Assembly (NCBI GenBank): GCA_030390025.1
Contig: CM059431.1
Location: 120,840,001 to 120,904,000, forward strand
Origin: Squalus acanthias
Lineage: Eukaryota
Length of the DNA: 64,000 nt
Reading direction: 5' to 3'
Position 1 is the first letter of the stretch; each line of letters starts with the position of its first letter. The notes beneath the pieces were generated by a model. The model was not told the origin of the DNA and ran no database searches. It was given only the letters and a program-made list of their open reading frames with translations. Made by a program: the position numbers and the translations under genes. This document shows, piece after piece, positions 1-10,548 of this stretch.

Positions 1-2
1 TG

Positions 3-2042
3 ACTTGTAGTGGGAAGGTCCCATTGAGCCGATGGTGGTGGCTGCGAAAGCTGAGCAAAACTATGAGAAACTCTTCGGTCGAGTGGGAACGACTGGGTAA
101 TAATACCCATCGGACAATTACGGGGACAGACGGACAAGTGAAAGTCTGTTGGGACAAATGGTGGGAACCGGATGAGGGGATTTATGTATGTATGTGGGGG
201 TCAAAGTACGTTTGCCCCAAAGGCATCTCCATATTTTTTATTAATCAATGGCAGGATAACGGACAGGGGATGAGGTGGGATGCGAGCACCAGGGGGTGCG
301 GAGCCCCATTCTCCCCGATCCCAGTAAATGCCACTGAACTCATTATGCGCCCACGCAAAGCCCCGCCCACGATTCCGGTGGTTCTAGCTGAGGAAGAAGG
401 GTGCCCTAAAACTAGTAAGGGACCCGGGAATGGTTTGGTACTGGTCCCCACAGACCAGATACTCTTTCAGGGGGTACATTACGCGGTGGCCTCGGTGATT
501 TTAAATCTCACTGAGGTACGGTTACCAGAGTGGTGCCCCAAAAAGACGGAACAGTTGTATCAGGTCCTGTTGACCAAGATGTTCAGACAATTTTACGAGT
601 TTGATTTTGCAGAAATTGATAAGACAAGTTTGTACACCGCACCGCAGGAAGTTTTGGATCAAGTAGGGAGGCAAAGAAGGGGTTTGGTGAACGATGCGTT
701 CACTGCTTTTAACACAGGGACATCTGTGGTCAACGCTCTAGACAGTGTGGAGCTGCAGACCCAGATTAATGGTTTAAAAACACAGTTAAAAGACATTCTA
801 ACAGATGAGAATAAAGTGGTAGGGTCAGGTCTACACGAGGACCAAGCCATGACTCTCCATTTAAAGGAAATTATAGCAGAGCTGGAGAAACATGCGCGTA
901 CGGTAAATGCCCTGATCAGGGAAGATCGGAATGCATCCGATCAAGCTGCGCAGAACGAGGTGTGCGTGCTTTACGGGGCGTGGTTACTGGGCGAGGGCCG
1001 CAGTAATTTGGAGGATTTAAAACAAGGTTTGGTTCCGTCCTGGATAAGTAACAAACACCTACGGGCGCTCCACCCTTTTCAGAACGCATTAAGTCCGTGC
1101 CAGCTCAGGCTAGCTTCAGAAGCTTACCCAGTCCCCGTGGACTGCGGACGATCAAACCATACTATTATGGGAATAGTATTACGCATGCCGGTTTTGGGCG
1201 ACACAGCAAAGCCCGCCCCGGTATATCGGGTAGAGAACATTGGTGTCATTCAGGGGGGAGCCCACGTTCGTTATGCAGCGGTTCCACCTTACGTCATCCG
1301 CTGGGAGCAAACGATGACAGGTACAGATCTCTCTGGTTGTCGTGGCAGGGGAGCACACATAATACTGTGCCCCCAGCACTTGAATGCCTTTTTAACACCA
1401 CAGTGCGGGTTCAGAACGGCTGGCGCCAAGTCCATGAATTGCACCATGGAGGCAATGGCACAAGATCATGTGCCTCCGCAGGTAGCATACATCGGGGGTG
1501 GAACATATTGTGTTACCACTGCAGCGCAACACTACCAGCATGGAAACCGTAGCCGGTGTCCGGTGAGTGACAGCAGTTTCTGTTTTAAACCCAGGGCTGA
1601 AGTTCAAGTAGCACAACAGCGAATTATCCCAATCCCTGAACCATCCACTGTTCATCTCACAGTAAAAGAGAATTTCACCGACTTGCAGCGATTTGTCGCG
1701 CATTTTGGATACCTCATTCCCCCTCTCCCTGAACACTTAACCAAACTTCTGAAAGCCGTCGCGGTATCACAGAAACATTTTTATACATTAGAGCAGAAAA
1801 CTGTCGAAATAGGAACAGACATTCTGGACATAGTAGTTCCACCGTGGTGGAATCTGTTCACTAATATTGAAGTGCCTTCATGGATCAGAATAGCCTCCCA
1901 CATTTTAGTCGTATGTCAAGTGTTTATCGTAGTGTACCTATTGGTCATACATTGTAAAAGAGACAAACGCCTCACCAAGCATGAAAACACGGGAGAGTGG
2001 CGAGAACGTTACGTGCGCGTGCACGATGAGAGCACCGTGTAA
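3..2042 (+). CDS. env: Envelope/class I fusion glycoprotein of an endogenous LTR retroelement (F-protein-like, lokiretrovirus-/errantivirus-type), 5' partial
   Basis: Frame is open from the window edge (pos 3) to TAA 2040-2042. Furin site RQRR at 669-680 is followed by a fusion-peptide-like GLVNDAFTAFNTGTSVV, a heptad/coiled-coil region, a Cys-rich ectodomain (DLSGC..IILCP..QCG..YCV), N-glycosylation sequons, a TM segment (IASHILVVCQVFIVVYLLVIHC) and a short tail. It lies directly upstream of PPT+LTR. Confidence 0.85.
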   Translation, partial: TCSGKVPLSRWWWLRKLSKTMRNSSVEWERLGNNTHRTITGTDGQVKVCWDKWWEPDEGIYVCMWGSKYVCPKGISIFFINQWQDNGQGMRWDASTRGCGAPFSPIPVNATELIMRPRKAPPTIPVVLAEEEGCPKTSKGPGNGLVLVPTDQILFQGVHYAVASVILNLTEVRLPEWCPKKTEQLYQVLLTKMFRQFYEFDFAEIDKTSLYTAPQEVLDQVGRQRRGLVNDAFTAFNTGTSVVNALDSVELQTQINGLKTQLKDILTDENKVVGSGLHEDQAMTLHLKEIIAELEKHARTVNALIREDRNASDQAAQNEVCVLYGAWLLGEGRSNLEDLKQGLVPSWISNKHLRALHPFQNALSPCQLRLASEAYPVPVDCGRSNHTIMGIVLRMPVLGDTAKPAPVYRVENIGVIQGGAHVRYAAVPPYVIRWEQTMTGTDLSGCRGRGAHIILCPQHLNAFLTPQCGFRTAGAKSMNCTMEAMAQDHVPPQVAYIGGGTYCVTTAAQHYQHGNRSRCPVSDSSFCFKPRAEVQVAQQRIIPIPEPSTVHLTVKENFTDLQRFVAHFGYLIPPLPEHLTKLLKAVAVSQKHFYTLEQKTVEIGTDILDIVVPPWWNLFTNIEVPSWIRIASHILVVCQVFIVVYLLVIHCKRDKRLTKHENTGEWRERYVRVHDESTV

Positions 2043-2475
2043 TCGAAAAATGGCGTCACTCCCGCTCGCCGCGTGCGCCACGGAAGTTTGTACTCATATA
2101 AGATTTTCAGAGATTGTAAATACGTTGGGAACTCGACATGTTTTAAGAGTTGGGGTTTGATTATTTTGGTGATGGTGTTGATTGTTTGGTTTTTGGGTTT
2201 TGTTTTTTCCTTTCCCTGAATAAAAGACAAATATACAGGTGATACGAGAGGTATCGGCCTGGTTACGCCGGGAAGGAAAACAAGTGGTGTAAGTTTAAGG
2301 GCAAATAATGCCTACGGTGATGTAAAATGTGATTTTCTTGGGAAATAAGGACGACACAGAGACCCTAGCTAAGTTAAAAATTATGGGATTAATTTACTGG
2401 ATTCGGAGAGAAATCGAGATAATATTGCTCACCACTGTGATTTTTGATACGATAAGCGGAGTTATTCGCATCAAC

Positions 2476-2484
2476 AGGAGGGAC
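2476..2484 (+). other. Polypurine tract (PPT) of env-bearing LTR element
   Basis: AGGAGGGAC immediately precedes the TGTA start of the LTR at 2485. Confidence 0.7.
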
Positions 2485-4154
2485 TGTAGAATTCGCAATA
2501 TATCGCGATTTGATTAATGAGGAGAAAACACAAGTTTCGTTCAAACAGCTTTTATTTCAGCAGAATGCTGGCAGGTTTAAATTGGACACAAGCAGCCTGT
2601 AAAATGGCCGCCGCACCTCGTGACAGAACATTCTAGACTTTTCAACAGGCAGACAAGATGGCGTTCCAATAAACATTTGTGCAAGATCGATTAAGATGCA
2701 GCACAGTGAAGATAATACACGAGACATTATGGGTTTGCAGTATAAACATAGATACTGGAATCGGTCTCCCAGGTACAAAGGAAAGCCATTGTACCGAGTA
2801 ATCAAGGGCCCATCCAAAGGACATTAATATGTAAAATCCCAACGACTCTACGATGAGAGAGCCGTTAGCAGGTAGTTATACAGGACACTTGGAAGCCCCA
2901 AACCCCTCCAGGGAGAACACCGACCGATTTAACAATGGGAGAAATATTAACAGGTACTCAGACATTTACGAGTAGCCCCGAAACCCATTAAGAACGGAGA
3001 TCACCCATACAAGACATTTGGGCGCCAAACCCTAAACAAAAGAATGGACATTATAGTTGGGCGGGAAACGGAAGATTTTTGCACTATAATTGCAGGCTCC
3101 AAACCGTCCATTCTCTCTCTTGCTCTTGCATTCGCTCGCTTGCTCCTGTGTTTTATCCGGTCGATTCGTAACCTCGTGGCTGCTCCTGTGTACTCGTAGT
3201 TGGGCTTCTGCTTGCCCGTTGCCTCTTCTGAAAAGACTGTTGAACTTTCTGATCCGTTCGGATCTACCTCGTGTCGCGTAACGAAGACCTATGTTGGTAA
3301 CTGGCAGCGGAACCAAAGGCCCGAGATGAGATGAGATGAGATGAGATGAGAGGAGAAGAGAGGAAGACCATATCCATCGCCACGGTCAGTAAATCCCGAC
3401 CGCGCCTGTAGGTCGATCAGCCAAGTTTTCCTCGCCAGGAAGATTTCTATTTTGAACTTTTAACAAAACATATTGCATCGACGATAACGGGACTGTGTCT
3501 AAGGAGACTGGTACGTGAAACCAACCAACAGAGATCTTCATCACAGCAGACGGTCCAGCCTACTAGCCGGAGCAGCAGAAGCAAGTAAACAAGTGGGACC
3601 AGGAGATCTCCTGACCGACACGTGGGTGCTGCGGTGAAAAACATCCGATCAGCTATTCGGAATTTCTCCGAGTTATCACGAGTGGTGAGCATGAGTCTCG
3701 AGATCCTACGAAGCTAGTTTAGGATAGATATTGATAGGGGAGGGTTTAAGGATTAAGGATATTTGTAATGTGTGCCCCTATTTACTTTGTGCCGTTCGTT
3801 CCTCGTTTCCCTAAGATCGACTATATAACTGTTTGTAAGATTGTACTGTCATTAATCTGTGCTTATGACATGTATTTCATAATTTTAAGTATCATGCAAT
3901 AAAGATTTTCCATTTCGTACCTTTCAAACCAAGTCTACATGAGTTTTATCTCCATTACTGCTCTCGCATCTAAGTCCAGTGTCTAGAACCGTAAGGGAGA
4001 GTGATTCGAACCACTCACAGGTGTGTCTAGTGTTCCCAGACTGGCTGGAGACCAGAACAGGCAACCAGGCCTAGACCCGCACTGACATACAGGCTGCACA
4101 GAGCCGCGTGAATCTCACAGGCTGCGAGACACGCAGGGTCAGGAATCCCTTACA
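2485..4154 (+). mobile_element. 3' LTR (1,670 bp) of env-bearing endogenous retroelement
   Basis: TGTAGAATTCGC...CCCTTACA termini. Homologous to the reverse complement of 4155-5393 and 19993-21679. Contains TATATAA 3822-3828, AATAAA 3898-3903 and a (GAGAT)n microsatellite at ~3323-3350. Confidence 0.85.
3822..3903 (+). promoter_or_regulatory. Putative LTR TATA box and polyadenylation signal
   Basis: TATATAA at 3822-3828 and AATAAA at 3898-3903. An equivalent AATAAA is on the minus strand at 20200-20205 in the homologous solo LTR. Confidence 0.5.
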
Positions 4155-5393
4155 ATACTTCGGAGAATTTTAAAGTGAGGCGCTCGGCTCGTTTCGCTGC
4201 AGCGCCTGACTGTCACGTGTTTTGAGGGGTCTCTGTACCCCACTTGTTAATCATCGCTGCTGCTGCAAGCAGGCTGGGCTCCCCGTTGTCATGAAGAACT
4301 CGACAGCACTCGGGCCCGGCTGTAGAACTCAAAGAAAAGTCTTCCTGGACCGACACCAGTTGCCGGTAGAATTCAAAGAAGAGTCTTCCTGTATCGACAC
4401 CAGTTGTCGATAAAATTCGAGGAAGAGTCTATGACCAGTTCATGCAGTAACTGATAGAGTTCGTATAAATTCGGCACGGTCGGGGTTTACTGACCGCGGC
4501 GGCACGTGGATTCTTCTTCTTCTCTTCTCATCTCGTCTCGTCTCGTCTCTTCGGGCCTTCGGTTCCAAAACACCGTTTACCGACACTCGGGATGGTGCAC
4601 CCGGTTACTCGCCCTTCGTCGAGGCGGCTCGTCCCGATTGAGCTCCACCCAACATTCGAATAACCGTCCAGTGCGGCTAAAAGTCCAGAGTCAACAGTCC
4701 AGAGAAACAAGAGCACGAATCAAGCGAATAAGAGTCGAATCAAGAGCATCAGCTGAGATAAGAGAAAAAATAAGAGAGCGATGGACATTTGTTGTCTATA
4801 GTTATAGTGCTGTGTTCCCTTATCTCCCGCTCAAATCTTAATGTTTGTCCTTTATGAAATATTGGCGCTCAAAACTCCCAGCATGGGGTGATTCTTGTCT
4901 TTAACAGGTTTCGGTAGCACCTGAGACTGGCCAACTACCCGTTAATGTTTTCCCCATTGTTGAACCGGCTCGGAGCCTCCCTGGCTGGGTTTTGGGGGCC
5001 CCCGAATACTTGTTTAATCACCTGAGAATGGCTCTCTCATTGTAGAGCCGTGGGGGTATTTGCATATTGATGTGTCTGGATGGGCCTTCGATTGCCCAGT
5101 ACAATGGTCCTTACTTGTGCATGGAAAACGATTCCAGCACTCATATCTTTTGCTATTGTCACAAATGCAAACAGGTTGCATCCTGTCTTTATCAGTGCTT
5201 ATCGAAAATGTTTATTCGAACGCCATCTTGTCTGCCCACTGTACTTCTGGAAACTTCTGCCACGATGCGCGGTGGCCATTTTACAGGCTTCTGTGTCTTG
5301 TTTAATCATGACAGCATTTCGTTTAAATAAACTGATCAAACGAATCTGCTTCTACCTCGTTATTTCGAATCGCGATAATTGCGAAACTTTACA
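4155..5393 (-). mobile_element. Part of a related-family LTR, opposite orientation, interrupted by the env-bearing element
   Basis: Collinear with 20425-21679 (ATACTTCGGAGAATTTTAAA... to ...GCGAAACTTTACA). Begins exactly after the CA end of the LTR at 4154. Confidence 0.85.
4323..4430. repeat. 44-bp period tandem repeat (~2.5 copies) within LTR U3
   Basis: Units start TAGAACTC 4323, TAGAATTC 4367, TAAAATTC 4411. The same array recurs at ~20593-20705. Confidence 0.8.
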
Positions 5394-5689
5394 CTTTTGA
5401 AAGTTACTATTGAATCTGCTTTCAACATCCTTTGAGTTCATAACAACTCGCTGTGTTTTTTTCCCCTCATGTCACCTCAGTTTCTTTTGCACATTACCTT
5501 GATTATGTATAGTCATCTTATCAAATTGCTATATCACTTCCTTTTGTACCCTTCCATTATTACTATCACATTCTTCTGTGAAAAATTGAAGAATAGTGCT
5601 CATTTAGTATCTTCACCATCCCATCATCCTTTTTACTTTTCTAATCAGTCACAGACTTCGTTTAACTTTTCTTAACTTGTTTATACAAC

Positions 5690-6685
5690 CACAACAACAA
5701 CTTGTATTTATATAGCACCTTTAACGTAGCAAAGGCGCTTCACAAAGCGTTATTAATCAAAATCTGACACCGAGCCACAGAAGGTGATAGCAGGACAGAT
5801 GACCAAAAACTTGGTCAAAGAGGGAGCATCATGAAGGAGGAGAGAGAGATAGAGAGGCAGAAAGGTTTAGGGAGGGAATTCCTGAGCTTAGGGCTAGGCA
5901 GTTGAAAGCACGGAGCGATTAAAATCGGGGATGTGCAAGATGCCAGAATTGCAGGAGCACAGAGATCTGAAAGGCTTCTAGGGCTGGAGGAGGTTACAGA
6001 GATAGGGAGGGGTGAGGCCATGGAGGGATTTGAAAACAAGGATGAGAATTTTAAAATTGAGGCCTTGCTTAACTGGGAGTCAATGTAGGTCAGCGATTTA
6101 CTCTTTTTTACTACAAGCTTACCTAAGTCAAGTGCAATTCTGGTATAAATGGCAGAATTTCTGGAACCCTAATTTTTACCCTAATTATTCCGTCATTTTG
6201 AGGCATTGCTTCAGACAGTTGTCATGGAAACGGATGGAGTCGGTGGCTAGGGAATGAAGTTGGTGGGGGGGACTGAAGAAAATGGCAACGTAGGTCAGCG
6301 AGCACAGGTGTGATGGGTGAACCGGACTTGGTGCGAGTTAAGATATGGGCAGCAGAGTTTTGGATGAGCTCAAGTTTATGTAGGGTGGAAGATGGTAGGC
6401 CAGCCAGGAGAGCATTGTAATAATCAAGTCCAGATGTAACAAAGGCATGGATGAGGGTTTCAGCAGCAGATGAGCTGAGGCAGGAGCGGAGTCGGACAAT
6501 GTTACAGAGGTGGAAGTAGGCAGTCTTGGTGATGGAGCGGATACGTGGTCGGAAACTCATCTCAGGGTCAAATACGACACCAAGGTTGCAAAGGGTCTGG
6601 TTCAGCCTCAGACAGTTGCCAGGGAGATGGATGGAGTCGATGGCTAGGGAACAAAGTTTCTGGCGGGGACCAAAAAAAATGGCAA
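5690..6685 (-). mobile_element. L2-type LINE 3' fragment
   Basis: ORF 6222-6560(-) RSITKTAYFHL..AAETLIHAFVTSGLDYYNALL..IQNSAA is typical of the L2 ORF2 C-terminus. (TTG)n tail near 5690-5700. Confidence 0.8.
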
Positions 6686-7464
6686 TGGAATATGTGTTTA
6701 TAAAATCCTACACCATGTCGCTTTACATTCCATGCTGGTCAATTTTTCTTACCTCTCTTAGCCTTTCTGATCGTGCTGTTTGCTTCCCTATATATTTTTT
6801 ATATTCTACATGATTAGTCTTGGATTTGTCATATGCCTCTTTATAAAATCTTATTTTAAGGTTAATTTCTCTACTTCTCTAAGGAACTGCACTTTTGCTG
6901 AACCCTTCATGGCAAAATGTCTGGTTTGAACCTTAATCAGTTCCTGTTTGGAAGTTTCTATTGTTTGTCCACTTTTTTATATGGCAGTTTTTCTTTCTAA
7001 TTTAACTGATCTAAGTCCTTCTTTCTCAATGATATTGGCTTTCAGTCAAGTACCTTTACTTTTGACTGCTCCCTCATCTTTCAGTTTTTATATGGAACCT
7101 AATTATTTTATGGCTTCACCGGCAATAGTTTGAGAGTACCAAACATTCCCACTACCAAAGATAAATGAGGCAGCAAGGCATTGACTCTCTTTCACAGGAG
7201 GAGTTCGAGCAGGCATTTAATTCCAACCTCTGAGATAGAACTGAAACTGTCAGGATGAGTGCCAGAGAGTCAAACTTCTTATTGACAACCAAGGAACAGC
7301 ACCAATGGCAGCTGTGGAGATTAGCAGCCAAGAAGATATCACCTTCTAGCTGAGGAGGTAGCAGTAGAAAATAGCAAGGCTGAAAGAAAATTGGTGACAA
7401 TATATCCAACGGACTTGGCATCAGCTTCTAAAATGAGTTAATGCGTAATATTAACATCTTTTTC

Positions 7465-8005
7465 TTATTCATTCATGGGATGTGGGCATCGCTGGCAAGG
7501 CCAGCATTTATTGCCCATCCCTAATTGCCCTTGAGAAGGTGGTGGTGAGCCGCCTTATTGAACCGCTGAAGTCCATGTGGTGAAGGTACTCCCACAGTGC
7601 TGTTGGGGAGGAAGTTCCAGGATTTTGACCCAATGACAATGAAGGAGCAGCAATACATTTCCAAGTCAGGATGGTGTGTGACTTGGTGGGGAACTTGCAG
7701 CTGGTGGTGTTCCCAAGCGCCTGCTGCCCTTGTCCTTCTAGGTGGTAGAAATCATGAGTTTTGGAGGTAATGTTGAAGAAGACTTGGTGAGTTGCTGCAA
7801 TGCATCTTGTTGATGCTACACATTGCAGCCACGGTGTGCTGGTGGTGGAGGGAGTGAATGTTTAAGGTGGTGGAATGGATGCCAATCAAGCGGGCTGCTT
7901 TGTCCTGGATGGAGTCGAGCTTCTTGAGTGTGAACTCATCCAGGCAAGTGGCGAGTGTTCCATCACACTCCTGACTTGTGCCTTGTGGATGGTGGAAAGG
8001 CTTTG
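7465..8005 (-). mobile_element. CR1/L2-group LINE 3' fragment (same family as 13740-17112)
   Basis: Reverse complement matches the 16540-17095 3' end (KAQVRSVMEHSPLAW; LDSIQDKAARLIG). Confidence 0.85.
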
Positions 8006-8019
8006 GTGAGACACTCGCA

Positions 8020-8553
8020 AGGGCTTCCATTCCCTCAATGTGCAGATCATCTGCAACCATAGGAAGATCATCAGGCATGTTTGCACCAAGTTCCCTGACA
8101 GCTGTCATGACTCTTTCGTTCTGCGCCAGTCCACCATCTCTCAGTTCTTCGCACCGCCAAACAGACTTACCAGCTGGCTGCTTGGAGACAAGGGCTATCC
8201 ACTGAAGATGTGGCTCATGACACCTTTGAGGAGGCCAAGTAATAAGGCTGAGGAACGTTATAATGAAAGTCACATGTCTACCAGATATGTCATAGAGTAG
8301 ACAATAGGCATGCTCAAAATGCACTTCAGATGCCTTGACAGATCTGGAGGAGCCCTTCAGTACACACCAGCCAGGATCTGCAGAATCATTATGGTCTGCT
8401 GAGCCCTGCAGCAGCGAGGATTAGCGCTGCATGAGGAGCAAGGCGCAGAGCGCACAGCCTCTTCAGAGGAGGAGCATCAGGTGAAAGACGAGGATGAGGA
8501 AAACTTGAAGGAGCTGGCAGTCCAGATGCCACCAGTACATGAGCACATTGCTG
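8020..8553 (+). pseudogene. Harbinger/PIF DDE transposase (HARBI1-like), C-terminal fragment
   Basis: [68 protein letters not shown], with an internal stop. The reading continues after the LTR insertion at 10234. Confidence 0.85.
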
Positions 8554-10233
8554 TGAAGGGATAATTACAAGTACTAGCCCTTTCGGACTTCCCCAGATCA
8601 GGCGTATTCCCCAGATGTTTACCTTCAACTAAAGTTTGCGGTAGCTGGATCCTATAAGATGCTTAATTGGGTCTAAAGGTCAGACTACCTCTCCCTAAAG
8701 GAAAGAAACGGTCTAAAGATGTTACCGTACTCCAGATAGTACTTTTAATAAGTTTAACTAGACTGTAACCTTCCGGATATTATAAGGGTCCAGAATACCC
8801 CCAGAATTCTGCAACTCCTTTGAGTGTACAGAATTTGAGTTCGCAAGATGATACAGAAATACTCTCTTTGAGACAATTCTAACAATATATAGATTTATTA
8901 ACGAACCGACATTTAGATAACATCTGTTGTATCCATCGCAACATTACAGTTCAAAATACAAATAGCTTCTATTTCTTATCAGAGATCCTTATTCTCAAAT
9001 CTTAACTTCGTTACATTTCCACACTTCTACTTATTTCTTATTCCAGAATATCCACCAAAATCAAATAAGAGTACCAAGATCCCCGAGACTCAAAAGTTAA
9101 AAACTTACAGAGAATGTCTGTTAAGTTGAGAAACGCTTGCCTTCTCAGCGACTTCTGACTTTCTGTTTGAAAAGGTCTATTTTTATATCTTTATTGGGTG
9201 GTTTATCCTTTGAAGTTTTCCTGATGATGTAAGCTTAATTGTATCAAGTCATTCTTTGCTGACTTTGATCTATTCTTTATTGATATCTCTGTTGAATGCT
9301 TTCTGTCTTTACTGTCAATTTAGCCATTGCATGCATAATTATGTTTCTACCGTCGATGTTTCAAAAACCATCATAAACACAATGACAGCAATGGTTTATG
9401 TTTGATGCAATACTTATCGAAGTCTTTCTATTGAATTTCTAATACTACTTTAACTGGTCTTTATCAGACGTTGTGACTCCGTGGTATTCCAAGTTCAATA
9501 CAAGAACAATGTAATTGCTTGGTGTCATTTTCAAAGTCTTTCTGTAGGTATCATATTTACAATATGTAAATTGAAAACACTTCTCTAGTATCTTCATGCA
9601 TTTCTAATTTACTTCAATTGGTTTTTATCAGACCTTGGGACTCCATCTTTCAAGCTTAACATTAAAACTATTTGTTCAGCAGGCATTTATTTTACTTGAT
9701 GTCATTTCTTCAAAGCCTTCTGTAGGTATTATATGTACAATATGTAAATTGAAAACACTTTAACTCAGTGTTTACTTGTTTTCTAGCTATCTGAATTGGT
9801 TGCATATTTAATCATGTTTCCTGTTTCTAAGTTTAACATAAAACTATTTTACGACAGGTATTTCTTACTTGATGTCATTTTTTCAAAGGCACTTGTTTTT
9901 TTTAATGTTCTGTGCACCTGTTTGACGTGTTAGCTTATAACACTTTACTTGGGTCATTCCATTGTTTTGATTCCAATGTCCAGACGCTCTGGAAGCAAAC
10001 CTTTGCTTTATCAATAGGGCTGGTTTCTTGGTCAATAATCCATTCCCATTTCAAAGCCTGTGGTGTTTTACAACTTGTCAATAACTGATCTTTATCTCAA
10101 AAGCCTGTATTGTGCCTGCAGCCTATGTCTGCTAAGGCTTATGTCTTTTAAACCCAGTATGTCATTTATTAATAATTTCAGAAATCTGTTTTTAGTATCG
10201 TGTTTTTTTCTGAATCCTGGCTATTCCTTCACA
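8554..10233 (-). mobile_element. Solo LTR (1,680 bp, AT-rich) of a separate family inserted in the Harbinger transposase
   Basis: TG...CA termini with inverted ends (TGAAGG/CCTTCA). 4-bp TSD GCTG at 8550-8553 and 10234-10237. Removal restores CACATTGCTGCCCATGAG. Internal 178-bp period duplication. Strand is inferred. Confidence 0.75.
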
Positions 10234-10548
10234 GCTGCCCATGAGGCCAGATTTACTTAACTTTGCGCAGCACAGCCATGTGGCTGGCACATGCGTAGCC
10301 AGGTTGGCTACACCCCACATCCATGCCATAAAGTATCCCTACAATGACCAGTCCATTCTTTTCACAGTCACCACCATTGCTGGAGCTTAAGGTAGCCCTG
10401 ACCGTTCACTCTGCCACGTCCAATTCTGCACACAAATTTATCACAGACCGCAAAGTTTTGAAAATAAATGATTTTATACAAAAGATTATTTTAACGTAAA
10501 CCTAACAATAACATTGAAGAAAACACCCAAGTGACTACCCTTGTGACT

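Noticed and set aside
4323..4430. Regularly spaced repeats resembling a CRISPR array
   Set aside because: Units are contiguous tandem copies without unique spacers, lie inside an LTR in eukaryotic DNA, and no cas genes are present.
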